Below, piece by piece: positions 1 to 8,425 of a stretch of 64,000 nt of DNA (positions within the stretch are counted from its first letter, which is position 1; every line of letters starts with the position of its first letter). The translations under genes were made by a program, and so were the position numbers. A model generated the notes under the pieces. The model was given only the letters and a program-made list of their open reading frames with translations. It had not been told where the DNA came from and ran no database searches. Source of the DNA: Terriglobia bacterium (lineage in GTDB: Bacteria > Acidobacteriota > Terriglobia > Acidiferrales > UBA7541); NCBI GenBank assembly GCA_963695545.1, contig OY968796.1:192001-256000 (forward strand). The letters run 5' to 3'.

Positions 1-718
1 GGAGCGCGTGCGGCGCGACTTCGTGGCCAACGTGTCGCACGAGTTCAAAACTCCGCTTACGGCGATTCAGGGATTCGCGGAGACGCTGCTGGGCGGCGCG
101 CTCGAAGACCAGACGAACAACCGGCGATTCCTGGAAATCATTCGCGCGCATGCGGCGCGCCTGGCGCGCCTGACCGACGACTTGCTGGAGCTTGCGCGGA
201 TCGAGGCGGGACGGATTGAGCTCGACCGTCGCGAAGTTTCGCTGGCGGAAATTATCGAGGCCTGCGCGGACACCACGCGCCCGCGCGTGGAGCATGGCAA
301 TCTGGAGCTTGAACTTCGCGTTCCCGCCGATTTACCGGACGTTTCCGGCGATCCGCGGCGCTTGCGCGAAATTCTGCAGAACTTGCTGGACAACGCCGCG
401 CAGTACACGCCGGGCGGAGGCCGAATCTGGATCGAAGCGCGCGTGAAAAACTCCGGCGACGATGGCGCGGCCGGCGCGGCCCCGAGCGTGATTGTTACAG
501 TCGGCGACACCGGGATCGGGATTCCGCACTCCGATCAGCAGCGCATCTTCGAGCGTTTCTATCGCGTGGACGCGGCGCGCTCGCGGGAAGCCGGCGGGAC
601 CGGACTCGGCCTTGCGATCACGAAACATTTGATCGAATTACACGGCGGGCGCATCTGGGTGGAAAGCGAAGTGGGACAGGGCTCCAAATTTAATTTCTCA
701 GTTCCCATTTCGGCGTAA
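1..718 (+). CDS. phoR: Sensor histidine kinase PhoR, C-terminal part (5' truncated by window)
   Basis: HisKA H-box DFVANVSHEFKTPL, N-box NLLDNA, G1 DTGIGI, F-box IFERFYRVD, G2 GGTGLGL; next to the pst operon. Confidence 0.85.
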   Translation, partial: ERVRRDFVANVSHEFKTPLTAIQGFAETLLGGALEDQTNNRRFLEIIRAHAARLARLTDDLLELARIEAGRIELDRREVSLAEIIEACADTTRPRVEHGNLELELRVPADLPDVSGDPRRLREILQNLLDNAAQYTPGGGRIWIEARVKNSGDDGAAGAAPSVIVTVGDTGIGIPHSDQQRIFERFYRVDAARSREAGGTGLGLAITKHLIELHGGRIWVESEVGQGSKFNFSVPISA

Positions 719-753
719 GCAGGCCCCGCCGCACGCCGCAGATCGTGACGAAT

Positions 754-798
754 TATTCATCGGCGCTTCATTCGCCGTTCAACTTCATTTTCTATAGT
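754..798 (+). promoter_or_regulatory. Putative Pho-box promoter (three 11-bp-period repeats plus -10)
   Basis: TTCAT 756, TTCAT 767, TTCAA 778 (11-bp period); -10 TATAGT 793-798 exactly 10 bp after the last repeat, the same geometry as the two Pho promoters at 3.7-3.86 kb. Confidence 0.55.
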
Positions 799-801
799 CG
801 C

Positions 802-964
802 GTCACCCGATGACCTGGTTGAATCGGTTCTCCGCTACCGCAACCATGAGGGTCTCGGGCTTTTGGCCCACCACGGGGCCGGTGTTACCCGGCACCGGCC
901 CCACCCCTCTCTTAGTTGAAGTGCATACGCGATACAGCCTTGCGGCCGCACTCCGCCGGGCGGC
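802..964. ncRNA. Candidate structured non-coding RNA, family and strand unresolved
   Basis: Complementary ends (GTCACCCGA / CCGGGCGGC); hairpins TGGTTG..CGGT/ACCG..CAACCA, GGGGCCGGTG/CACCGGCCCC and, on the minus strand, TGCGGCC-GCAA-GGCTGTA; no convincing ORF. Confidence 0.4.
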
Positions 965-1030
965 CGAGCCGACCGCTAGATCGGTACAATGCTTTTCTGG
1001 CGGGCTCACGCTGGAACCCGCTCCCGCTCG

Positions 1031-1510
1031 CTATTGAATCTGGCCGCGAATTTCCCCGCCGGGATGCGCGGTGGTGTGAACGTTGACGTAGGCGTTTCCG
1101 GCTTTTATGTCGGCGACCAGATCGGCGATGGTCTTACCTTGGAGTGGGCCGACGAGATCGGCGGCGGTGAGCGTCCCGGTGGCCAAGTCGCCGGTGAACT
1201 TTCCGGGCTTAACCTCGGCGTGCGGCTGAGAGGGATAGAGCCAGGTGGCCACAGGGCCGTTCTGGCCTGCGGCGGCGATGTGAATGTGGGCCATCGTAAT
1301 ATCCTCGGTGTCAACCACCGAAAGCGTGTAACTCAAGCTCATGCCATCGGCGCTCAAGGTGAAGGTGGCCATGCCATGAGCGGGCGTATCGATCGGCGGA
1401 TTCTGTTCTTTGCCGGAGAGCGTAGCCATGAACTTCGTCTGAGCACCGGCAAGGGGAGCAAAAAGAAGCACGAGAAAAACGGGAAGCGCAAGTCTGCGGA
1501 CAAGTTTCAT
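1031..1510 (-). CDS. Secreted CHRD-domain protein
   Basis: Signal peptide; ATLSGKEQNPP, MAHIH and GNAYVNVHTTAHPGGEIRGQI CHRD signatures; GGAGGT RBS before ATG 1510. Confidence 0.9.
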   Translation of the reverse strand: MKLVRRLALPVFLVLLFAPLAGAQTKFMATLSGKEQNPPIDTPAHGMATFTLSADGMSLSYTLSVVDTEDITMAHIHIAAAGQNGPVATWLYPSQPHAEVKPGKFTGDLATGTLTAADLVGPLQGKTIADLVADIKAGNAYVNVHTTAHPGGEIRGQIQ

Positions 1511-1631
1511 GTTGACCTCCACCTATTTTAGACTCCAATCGCTTCGGAAAAGATACGCGAACGGGACTAGATTCCGAGCTTTTCACGCATGGTAGTCCGC
1601 GGCGCTTGCGGGCGGTCGAGGAAACGCGCGG

Positions 1632-1672
1632 AAAGAAAAAGGCGGGGAGTCGAGGCTTCTCGATTCCCCACC
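1632..1672 (-). terminator. Intrinsic terminator downstream of the porin gene
   Basis: Minus strand GGTGGGGAATCGAG..CTCGACTCCCCGCC followed by TTTTTCTTT. Confidence 0.75.
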
Positions 1673-1704
1673 CTGAGGCGGAAAGCCGCTAGCTGTAAAT
1701 CGAT

Positions 1705-3639
1705 TTAAGGCAACGTGTAGCGCAAGTCCACGTAAACCATCGTGAAGTGCCCATTTTTCGCCGTGCCGGGATCGACAAACCACGGAGCGCGAGTGATGTA
1801 CGAGGCCTGGGTGATCAGCGAGACCGCGCCGTAATTGGGGTTCTTGAAAAAGGTTTGAATCCAGCCAAACGTTCCTTCCTGAATGGCCCGATTCTGGCCC
1901 TGAGCCGTCGAAGCCGTCTCGCCAGAGTCCAGGTACTCATACCCATAGCCGACGAGCTTCGTCGAGGTGGTGCTGGGATCCTGGAAGAAGGCCTTTCCGA
2001 AGTAGTCCCCGCCATAGTAGCCATAGAACATGGTCTTCGGAGTGGCTTGCCATTCGAAGCCGGTGATGGCGGAACCGGCCTTCACCGGAATCGGAAGAAA
2101 CGCAGAGCTGCTGGTCAACTGATTGACAACCAAGTCCGGCCCCGCGCCCTCAAGGTAACGGCCACCGCCGTCGCTCCAGAAAGTCGTGCCGATCCAGTGG
2201 AAGTTTTTCACCAGCTCGAGATTCAAGTTGGCTTCAAATCCGCCGCCCGTCGCGGAATCCGTCGTGCGGCTAGTGCCGCCGATGACTGAAGCAGGCGTCA
2301 CAAGCTTGAATTCGCTGAGCAAGCCAGCGAAATCGAAGTGCCACATGGTGTTGCCGACTTTCGGATCCGCGGCGACTTTGAATATGAAATCGGGCGCGAC
2401 GTTCGGAGTGGGCGGAGTCGCAAGCGTGCCGCCGCTGGTTTCGTCCACGGCCCCGACCTCGGCGGAGCCGAAAGCCGAAGGAGTCGTGGCCGCTGAGCCC
2501 ACGAGTTGGTCCGCGTTCTCGATCGAGATTCCCATCGCCCAAGTATCGTTGGGATGATAAACGAAGCGAACTTGAGGCTGCCGCGTCCAAGTCAAGCCCA
2601 CTTGGTAGTTCGTGTCCATGTCTTGCGAGTAGAAGATGTCGCTGGGGAACGGCGATATCCCCTTGCGGTTCGGCGTGAGCATCGACCAATCCTGCCCGGC
2701 GAGAAATTCAAACTTCCCGCGCCGGTAGTCGGCGAAGTAGACGCGCATGCGCAGCGAGTTCGAGTTGCTGGTTACGTTCGCGTTTGCGGCGGTGAGACCG
2801 AGGAAGTCCGCCTCGAGATATCCGGTGATGGTAGCTCCGTGAACCGGCGCGTCTACACGCAATCCGATTCGAGAGTTTTGCGCGCTGAAGCGGTCCTCGG
2901 TGAGCCCCGCGGCCGGCAAGCTGGTGTTGTACGGAATACCGGTGAAGCTGGTGCCGATGCCGTTGCCCGTGCCCACGGTACGAAAGACGTCCGTCAAATC
3001 GAGAAAACCGAGGGGCGTGAATGTAGCGTCGCCGATTTTGAAACCGAGCGGACTGAGTTGCGGCGCGGCCGTATCGGCCGCCAACGTTGCCGCCGGCTTC
3101 GATGTCGAAGTTGCGGCGGTGACGGCTGCGGCGGGTACTTCAGCCGGCAGCGTGATCGCTGCAGGCGACGGCGCGGCTGGTGCGGCGGCCGAAACCGCTT
3201 CAGCCGGCTGAGACGCGGGCGCTGACACCGGTTGTGCGGATGCAGCGCTGTTCGTCAATTGCGTTCTCATCGCCGCGAGTTCGTGGCGTTGCTCATCGAT
3301 CTGCGCGGCCTGCTGTTCCATCAACAACTTCATTTGCTCGATCTCGTTCTGAAGCTCGGCGCTACTTGGGGCCGGGCTTTCCACCGGCGAGGCCGGCGTG
3401 TTCGCCGCGCTCGCGGGCGCCGACGCTGGGGCCGGTGTTGGCACCGGAGATTTCGTGACGGCCCCGGATGTTGCTTTCGACGAACTGCCCGCCGCACTGC
3501 TCGAAGTTGCTGCCGACGAACTGCTCGATGGATCGCTCGCGGCGCCCGCTTTCGCTCCGCTGCCGGAGTTGCCCGCGGCCAATAACGCTGGGCACACCAT
3601 TAAACCCGATGTCAACACGAGAGCTGCAAATCGTCTCAT
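1705..3639 (-). CDS. Outer-membrane beta-barrel porin (DcaP-like) with long Ser/Ala/Pro-rich and coiled-coil N-terminus
   Basis: Signal peptide, low-complexity linker, coiled coil (ELQNEIEQMKLL..), then SAQNSRIG, GYLEADF, LRMRVYF, LAGQDWS motifs and C-terminal strand YVDLRYTLP. Confidence 0.7.
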   Translation of the reverse strand: MRRFAALVLTSGLMVCPALLAAGNSGSGAKAGAASDPSSSSSAATSSSAAGSSSKATSGAVTKSPVPTPAPASAPASAANTPASPVESPAPSSAELQNEIEQMKLLMEQQAAQIDEQRHELAAMRTQLTNSAASAQPVSAPASQPAEAVSAAAPAAPSPAAITLPAEVPAAAVTAATSTSKPAATLAADTAAPQLSPLGFKIGDATFTPLGFLDLTDVFRTVGTGNGIGTSFTGIPYNTSLPAAGLTEDRFSAQNSRIGLRVDAPVHGATITGYLEADFLGLTAANANVTSNSNSLRMRVYFADYRRGKFEFLAGQDWSMLTPNRKGISPFPSDIFYSQDMDTNYQVGLTWTRQPQVRFVYHPNDTWAMGISIENADQLVGSAATTPSAFGSAEVGAVDETSGGTLATPPTPNVAPDFIFKVAADPKVGNTMWHFDFAGLLSEFKLVTPASVIGGTSRTTDSATGGGFEANLNLELVKNFHWIGTTFWSDGGGRYLEGAGPDLVVNQLTSSSAFLPIPVKAGSAITGFEWQATPKTMFYGYYGGDYFGKAFFQDPSTTSTKLVGYGYEYLDSGETASTAQGQNRAIQEGTFGWIQTFFKNPNYGAVSLITQASYITRAPWFVDPGTAKNGHFTMVYVDLRYTLP

Positions 3640-3705
3640 TCCCCGTCCTCCTCACTCGCATGGCAGGTTGCCACGTGCGCCGGAGCTTACGGTTGTAGGG
3701 TCAAC

Positions 3706-3739
3706 ACTGTATGAGAGGGATGTGAATGATGCGTTACAG
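3706..3739 (-). promoter_or_regulatory. Pho-box promoter of the porin gene
   Basis: Minus strand CTGTAAC-gcat-CATTCAC, 10-bp spacer, then -10 TACAGT (3711-3706). Confidence 0.7.
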
Positions 3740-3803
3740 CATGCACAGGCCGCGCGAGCTTGCGGTAAGTGGCCTGTTTTCAGCGACAGGATATCCACAG
3801 GGC

Positions 3804-3859
3804 GTTTCACGCCGATTTCTTTCGACTGTCATACAGCCGTAACAATTGACGGCGAAGAT
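3804..3859 (+). promoter_or_regulatory. Pho-box array and promoter of pstS
   Basis: GTTTCAC 3804, ATTTCTT 3815, CTGTCAT 3826, CCGTAAC 3837 (11-bp period; CTGTCAT is the canonical PhoB half-site); weak -10 GAAGAT 10 bp later. Confidence 0.8.
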
Positions 3860-3885
3860 TGCCTACGAGGAGACACCCTACACAC

Positions 3886-4902
3886 ATGAAAAAAATATTG
3901 CTCGCACTCTCGCTGTGCGCCGGCATCGCGGGCCTGTTGGCCGCCGAGAACCCGATACAACTCAACGCCGCGGGCGCGACGTTCCCCAACCCAATTTACT
4001 CGAAGTGGTTCGACGAATATCACACCATGATGCCGAACGTGGAAATCAATTATCAGAGCATCGGCTCCGGCGGCGGAATACGCCAGTTGGAAGCGCATAC
4101 GGTAGACTTCGGCGCCTCGGACATGCCGATGAATGACCAGCAATTGCAGCAGGCCGGTTTCAAGATTCTGCACTTCCCCACAGTGCTGGGCGCGGCCGTA
4201 CCCAGCTACAACGTTCGCGGCGTGACTACCGACCTGAAGTTCACGCAGAAAGCGCTGGCTGGGATTTACCTGGGCACGATCTCCAAGTGGAACGATCCGG
4301 AAATCACCAAGGCTAACCCCGGCGTTTCACTCCCGGCCGACGACATCGTCGTGATTCACCGCTCCGATGGCAGCGGCACGTCGTTCATCTGGACCGACTT
4401 TCTTTCCAAGGCCAGCGACGACTGGAAAAACAAAGTGGGGAGCAATACTTCGGTGAATTGGCCGGTAGGCTTGGGCGGCAAGGGAAACGAAGGCGTTTCC
4501 GGACTCATCAAGCAGACGCCGGATTCGATCGGCTACATCGAACTGATCTACGCGGTGCAAAACAATATCTCTTACGGCGAAGTTCAAAATTCCAGCGGCG
4601 CGTTTGTCAAGGCGAGTCTGGACAGTGTGAGCGCAGCGGCCGCCGGGGCAGCCAAGACCATGCCCGACGATTTCCGCGTCTCGATTACCGACGCGCCCGG
4701 CAAGACCGCGTATCCCATCTCGAGCTTCACCTGGCTTCTAATTCCCGCGGACATTCAAGACGCGGGCAAACGCGACATCATCAAAGGCTTCCTCAAATGG
4801 ATGCTGACCGATGGGCAGAAGGACTGCGCCGGCCTGTCGTACGCGCCTCTGCCGGCTCCGGTGGTGGCCAAGGAGTTGAAGGCCATCTCGCTAATCCAGT
4901 AA
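3886..4902 (+). CDS. pstS: Phosphate ABC transporter substrate-binding protein
   Basis: AGATFPNPIY, YQSIGSGGG, DFGASD, RSDGSGTS motifs; signal peptide from ATG 3886. Confidence 0.97.
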   Translation: MKKILLALSLCAGIAGLLAAENPIQLNAAGATFPNPIYSKWFDEYHTMMPNVEINYQSIGSGGGIRQLEAHTVDFGASDMPMNDQQLQQAGFKILHFPTVLGAAVPSYNVRGVTTDLKFTQKALAGIYLGTISKWNDPEITKANPGVSLPADDIVVIHRSDGSGTSFIWTDFLSKASDDWKNKVGSNTSVNWPVGLGGKGNEGVSGLIKQTPDSIGYIELIYAVQNNISYGEVQNSSGAFVKASLDSVSAAAAGAAKTMPDDFRVSITDAPGKTAYPISSFTWLLIPADIQDAGKRDIIKGFLKWMLTDGQKDCAGLSYAPLPAPVVAKELKAISLIQ

Positions 4903-4926
4903 CATCCTGAGCATCCTGGCGAAACA

Positions 4927-5922
4927 ATGGCGACAGCTACCACCACGACACCGGTCGGACCCGCGGGCTCCAGTTGGAGTCCGCGGGCGCTGGTCGCTCG
5001 GTTGCGTGGCGGCGATGCGATCGCTCACACGTTGACGCTGGTGTTCGCCGCGATGGTTCTGCTGATCACGCTGCTGCTGGTGGAGCAGCTATGGGTGCAT
5101 TCGGCGGCTTCGCGCGCGCAATTCGGCTGGCACTTTCTTTGGACCAGCGTGTGGGATCCGGTCTTTGACAATTATGGCGCGCTGACTTTCCTGTACGGTA
5201 CGGTCCTGACCACGGTGTTGGCGCTGGTGATTGCCGTACCGCTGGGACTGGGCGCGGCGATCTTCCTTTCCGAGCTGGCGCCGCCGAAGGTCTCCGCGAG
5301 CCTCTCGTTCGTGGTCGATCTTTTAGCCGCGGTGCCGAGCGTGATTTACGGCTTGCTGGCCATTTTCACTCTGCTGCCGCTGCTCGCCTCAACGGTCGAG
5401 CCGTTCCTGAAAAGGACGCTGGGATTTCTTCCGCTGTTTCGAGGGCCGGCGTACGGCGTCGGGTTCCTTGCGGCGGGCTTGGTGCTCTCGATCATGATCG
5501 TGCCGTACATCGTTTCGGTGTCGCGCGAAGTGCTGATGTCGGTGCCGGGCGATCAGCGTGAAGCGGCGCTGGGCCTGGGCGCGACGCGCTGGGAAACCAC
5601 CTGGAAAGTTGTGGTGCCATACGCGAGAACCGGAATTATGGGTTCGGTTTTCCTTTCGATGGCGCGCGCGCTCGGAGAAACCATGGCGGTCACTATGGTC
5701 ATCGGCAATACCCCGAAAATTTCGGCGTCGCTTTTTTCTCCGGGCTACACCATCGCCGCGGTGATCGCCAACGAATTTACGGAGGCCACCGGCAAGCTCT
5801 ACCAGAGCGCTCTGATCGAACTCGGACTCGTCTTGTTCCTGCTCACGTTTATCCTGAACGGGCTTGCGCGCGTGATGATGGCGGCCACAGCCGGACGCGG
5901 AGCAGGCATGGGGCGCACATGA
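4927..5922 (+). CDS. pstC: Phosphate ABC transporter permease
   Basis: LAAVPSVIYGL, EAA loop REAALGLGATRWET, RALGETMAV. Confidence 0.96.
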   Translation: MATATTTTPVGPAGSSWSPRALVARLRGGDAIAHTLTLVFAAMVLLITLLLVEQLWVHSAASRAQFGWHFLWTSVWDPVFDNYGALTFLYGTVLTTVLALVIAVPLGLGAAIFLSELAPPKVSASLSFVVDLLAAVPSVIYGLLAIFTLLPLLASTVEPFLKRTLGFLPLFRGPAYGVGFLAAGLVLSIMIVPYIVSVSREVLMSVPGDQREAALGLGATRWETTWKVVVPYARTGIMGSVFLSMARALGETMAVTMVIGNTPKISASLFSPGYTIAAVIANEFTEATGKLYQSALIELGLVLFLLTFILNGLARVMMAATAGRGAGMGRT

Positions 5923-6767
5923 GCTTCCGAACCGTTTGGCGCAAGGGGTTGAGCGCGGTGATGATGAGCTTGACCGGCTTGTGCGCGCTGGTTACGGTGT
6001 CCGTGCTGGTGTTGATTCTCGGGTACCTCGCATGGAACGGCGCAACCGCGTTGCACTGGAGTTTCTTCACGAAACTACCGGTGCCGGTCGGCGAAACGGG
6101 CGGCGGGATCGCTAACGCGATTGCCGGCAGCGCGAAGCTGCTTCTGCTTGCGGCGATTGTGGGCATTCCGATCGGTTTGCTGGGTGCGGTGTATCTGGCG
6201 GAATATGCTTCGCCGATTCCGGCGTTCCTGGTGCGCTATTCAGCCGACCTCCTGAACGGCGTGCCCTCAATCGTGATCGGCATCTTCGCCTTCACCGTCG
6301 CGGTGATGCCGTTCCATGGTTTTTCAGCGTATGCGGGCGGCTTCGCGCTCGGCGTAATGATGATTCCCATCATCCTGCGCAGTTGCGAGGATTTCCTGCG
6401 CGCGGTGCCGGGTTCGCTGCGGGAAGGCGCGATGGCGGTTGGCGCGAGCAAATGGAGGACGATCTTGACCGTGGTCGTTCCGGCGGCTTCGGGCGGCATC
6501 ATGACCGCGATCTTGCTCTCGCTCTCGCGGGTTGCGGGCGAGACGGCGCCTCTTCTGTTCACAGCGTTCGGCAACAACTTCTGGAATCATGGCCTGAACG
6601 AACCGATTGCCTCTTTGCCGGTTGTGATTTATACCTACGCGATTTCGCCCTATGACGATTGGCATCGGCAGGCGTGGGCCGCGGGCCTGGTATTGCTCGG
6701 ACTTGTATTGGTCACGAACGTCGTGGCCCGTGGGCTGCTTGCGCGCCCGGCGGGACAACGGAGATAA
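5919..6767 (+). CDS. pstA: Phosphate ABC transporter permease
   Basis: [37 protein letters not shown] overlap with pstC. Confidence 0.96.
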   Translation: MSFRTVWRKGLSAVMMSLTGLCALVTVSVLVLILGYLAWNGATALHWSFFTKLPVPVGETGGGIANAIAGSAKLLLLAAIVGIPIGLLGAVYLAEYASPIPAFLVRYSADLLNGVPSIVIGIFAFTVAVMPFHGFSAYAGGFALGVMMIPIILRSCEDFLRAVPGSLREGAMAVGASKWRTILTVVVPAASGGIMTAILLSLSRVAGETAPLLFTAFGNNFWNHGLNEPIASLPVVIYTYAISPYDDWHRQAWAAGLVLLGLVLVTNVVARGLLARPAGQRR

Positions 6768-6772
6768 TCGCG

Positions 6773-7606
6773 ATGGAATCCTCTTCGGCGGTGCAAATGG
6801 CCCTGGCAAAGGATAAGTCGGTCAGCTCGGTCACGCTCGGGCCGCATCCGGCGCTTGCGAACTCTCCGGTGCGGGTGAAGGTCGAGCTTCTGAACTTCTT
6901 CTACGGCAAGTCGCAATCGCTGTTTCACGTCAATCTCGAAATTGCCGCGAATCGTGTTACGGCGATGATTGGGCCTTCGGGTTGCGGCAAATCCACGCTG
7001 CTGCGCACGCTCAACCGCATGCACGAAACCATCAGCCACACGCGCTTGAACGGCAAGATTTTGCTCGACGGGAACGACATCATGTCGCAGGACGTCACGC
7101 GGCTGCGGCGCAAAGTCGGCATGGTTTTCCAGAAGCCCAATCCGTTTCCGAAATCGATCTTCGATAACGTGGCTTACGGGCTGCGCGTAAACGGCTACGC
7201 CGGTTCGCTGGCGGAACACGTCGAGCACAGTCTGCGCCGCGCGGCGCTTTGGGAAGAGGTGAAGGACCGCTTGCACAAATCGGCCTATTCGCTTTCGGGC
7301 GGGCAGCAGCAGCGGCTGTGCATCGCGCGCGCTCTCGCCGTGGATCCTGAGGTTCTACTTCTCGACGAGCCGTGTTCGGCGCTCGATCCGATCAGCACGG
7401 CGAAGATCGAGGACCTGCTCATCGAGCTGAAGCAGAACTGTACGATCGTGATCGTCACGCACAACATGCAGCAGGCTGCGCGCGTGAGCGATTTCACGGC
7501 GTTCATGCTCATGGGCGAGCTGATCGAATTCCAACCCACGCCACAGCTCTTCACCACGCCCACCGATCCACGCACCGAAGCCTACATAACCGGCCGGTTC
7601 GGGTGA
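6773..7606 (+). CDS. pstB: Phosphate ABC transporter ATPase
   Basis: Walker [38 protein letters not shown]-terminal YITGRFG. Confidence 0.97.
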   Translation: MESSSAVQMALAKDKSVSSVTLGPHPALANSPVRVKVELLNFFYGKSQSLFHVNLEIAANRVTAMIGPSGCGKSTLLRTLNRMHETISHTRLNGKILLDGNDIMSQDVTRLRRKVGMVFQKPNPFPKSIFDNVAYGLRVNGYAGSLAEHVEHSLRRAALWEEVKDRLHKSAYSLSGGQQQRLCIARALAVDPEVLLLDEPCSALDPISTAKIEDLLIELKQNCTIVIVTHNMQQAARVSDFTAFMLMGELIEFQPTPQLFTTPTDPRTEAYITGRFG

Positions 7607-7662
7607 GGCGGCGGGCCTGCACTCGAAGCCCGCGAGGATATTGAAGAAAGTTTGGAGCCAAG

Positions 7663-8328
7663 ATGCCGCGACATTTTGAACAAGAGCTTCAGGAACTGAA
7701 CGAGCGGGTGCTCTGGATGGCGAGCCTCGCCGAGCGCGCCGTGCACGATTCGATGCACGCGGTTCTCGATTCCGACCAGAGCCTGGCCAACGGAGTGCTC
7801 GAGCAGGAAAACGTCATTAACGAAATGCAGATTGAGATCGACGATCGCATCGTGCAACTCGTCGCGCAAGTGCAGCCGATGGCCACCGACCTGCGTTTCC
7901 TGCTGGCCATGGGCCGCATCAATTCCGATCTCGAGCGAATCGGAGACCAGTCGGTGAACATCGCGCAATCCGCTCTGCGCATCCTGCGCCACCCGCGCGT
8001 GAAACCCTACGTCGATTTGCCGCGCATGAGCGAGCTGGCCGAGGGCATGGTCCGCGACAGCATTCGCGCCCTGATCGATCGCAATATCGATCTGGCTCAG
8101 GCCGTGCTAACGCGCGACGACATGGTCGACTCACTGCGCGATCAGATTTTCCGCGAAATGCTCACCTACATGATGGAAAACTCCGCGGTGATCTTCCCCG
8201 CGTTCGAGCTGATCCTGATGGCCAAGAACCTCGAGCGCATCGGCGACCACGCCACCAACATCGCCGAAGACGTGATCTACATCGTGCAGGGCCGCGACGT
8301 CCGCCACAACGCCCTCGATCGCCGCTAG
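7663..8328 (+). CDS. phoU: Phosphate signalling protein PhoU
   Basis: Two repeats with DLERIGD / NLERIGDHATNIAE; C-terminal G-DVRH. Confidence 0.97.
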   Translation: MPRHFEQELQELNERVLWMASLAERAVHDSMHAVLDSDQSLANGVLEQENVINEMQIEIDDRIVQLVAQVQPMATDLRFLLAMGRINSDLERIGDQSVNIAQSALRILRHPRVKPYVDLPRMSELAEGMVRDSIRALIDRNIDLAQAVLTRDDMVDSLRDQIFREMLTYMMENSAVIFPAFELILMAKNLERIGDHATNIAEDVIYIVQGRDVRHNALDRR

Positions 8329-8359
8329 CGGGCCGCAGAGCGAATCAAAATCTCGCGCC

Positions 8360-8393
8360 AAAAAAATACCGGGGACGCAATTTGCATCCCCGG
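8360..8393 (-). terminator. Intrinsic terminator between convergent phoU and the DUF6600 gene
   Basis: Minus strand CCGGGGATGCAA-A-TTGCGTCCCCGG followed by TATTTTTTT. Confidence 0.75.
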
Positions 8394-8425
8394 CGACAAT
8401 ATCTCAATTTCAGCTGCGCTGAGAT

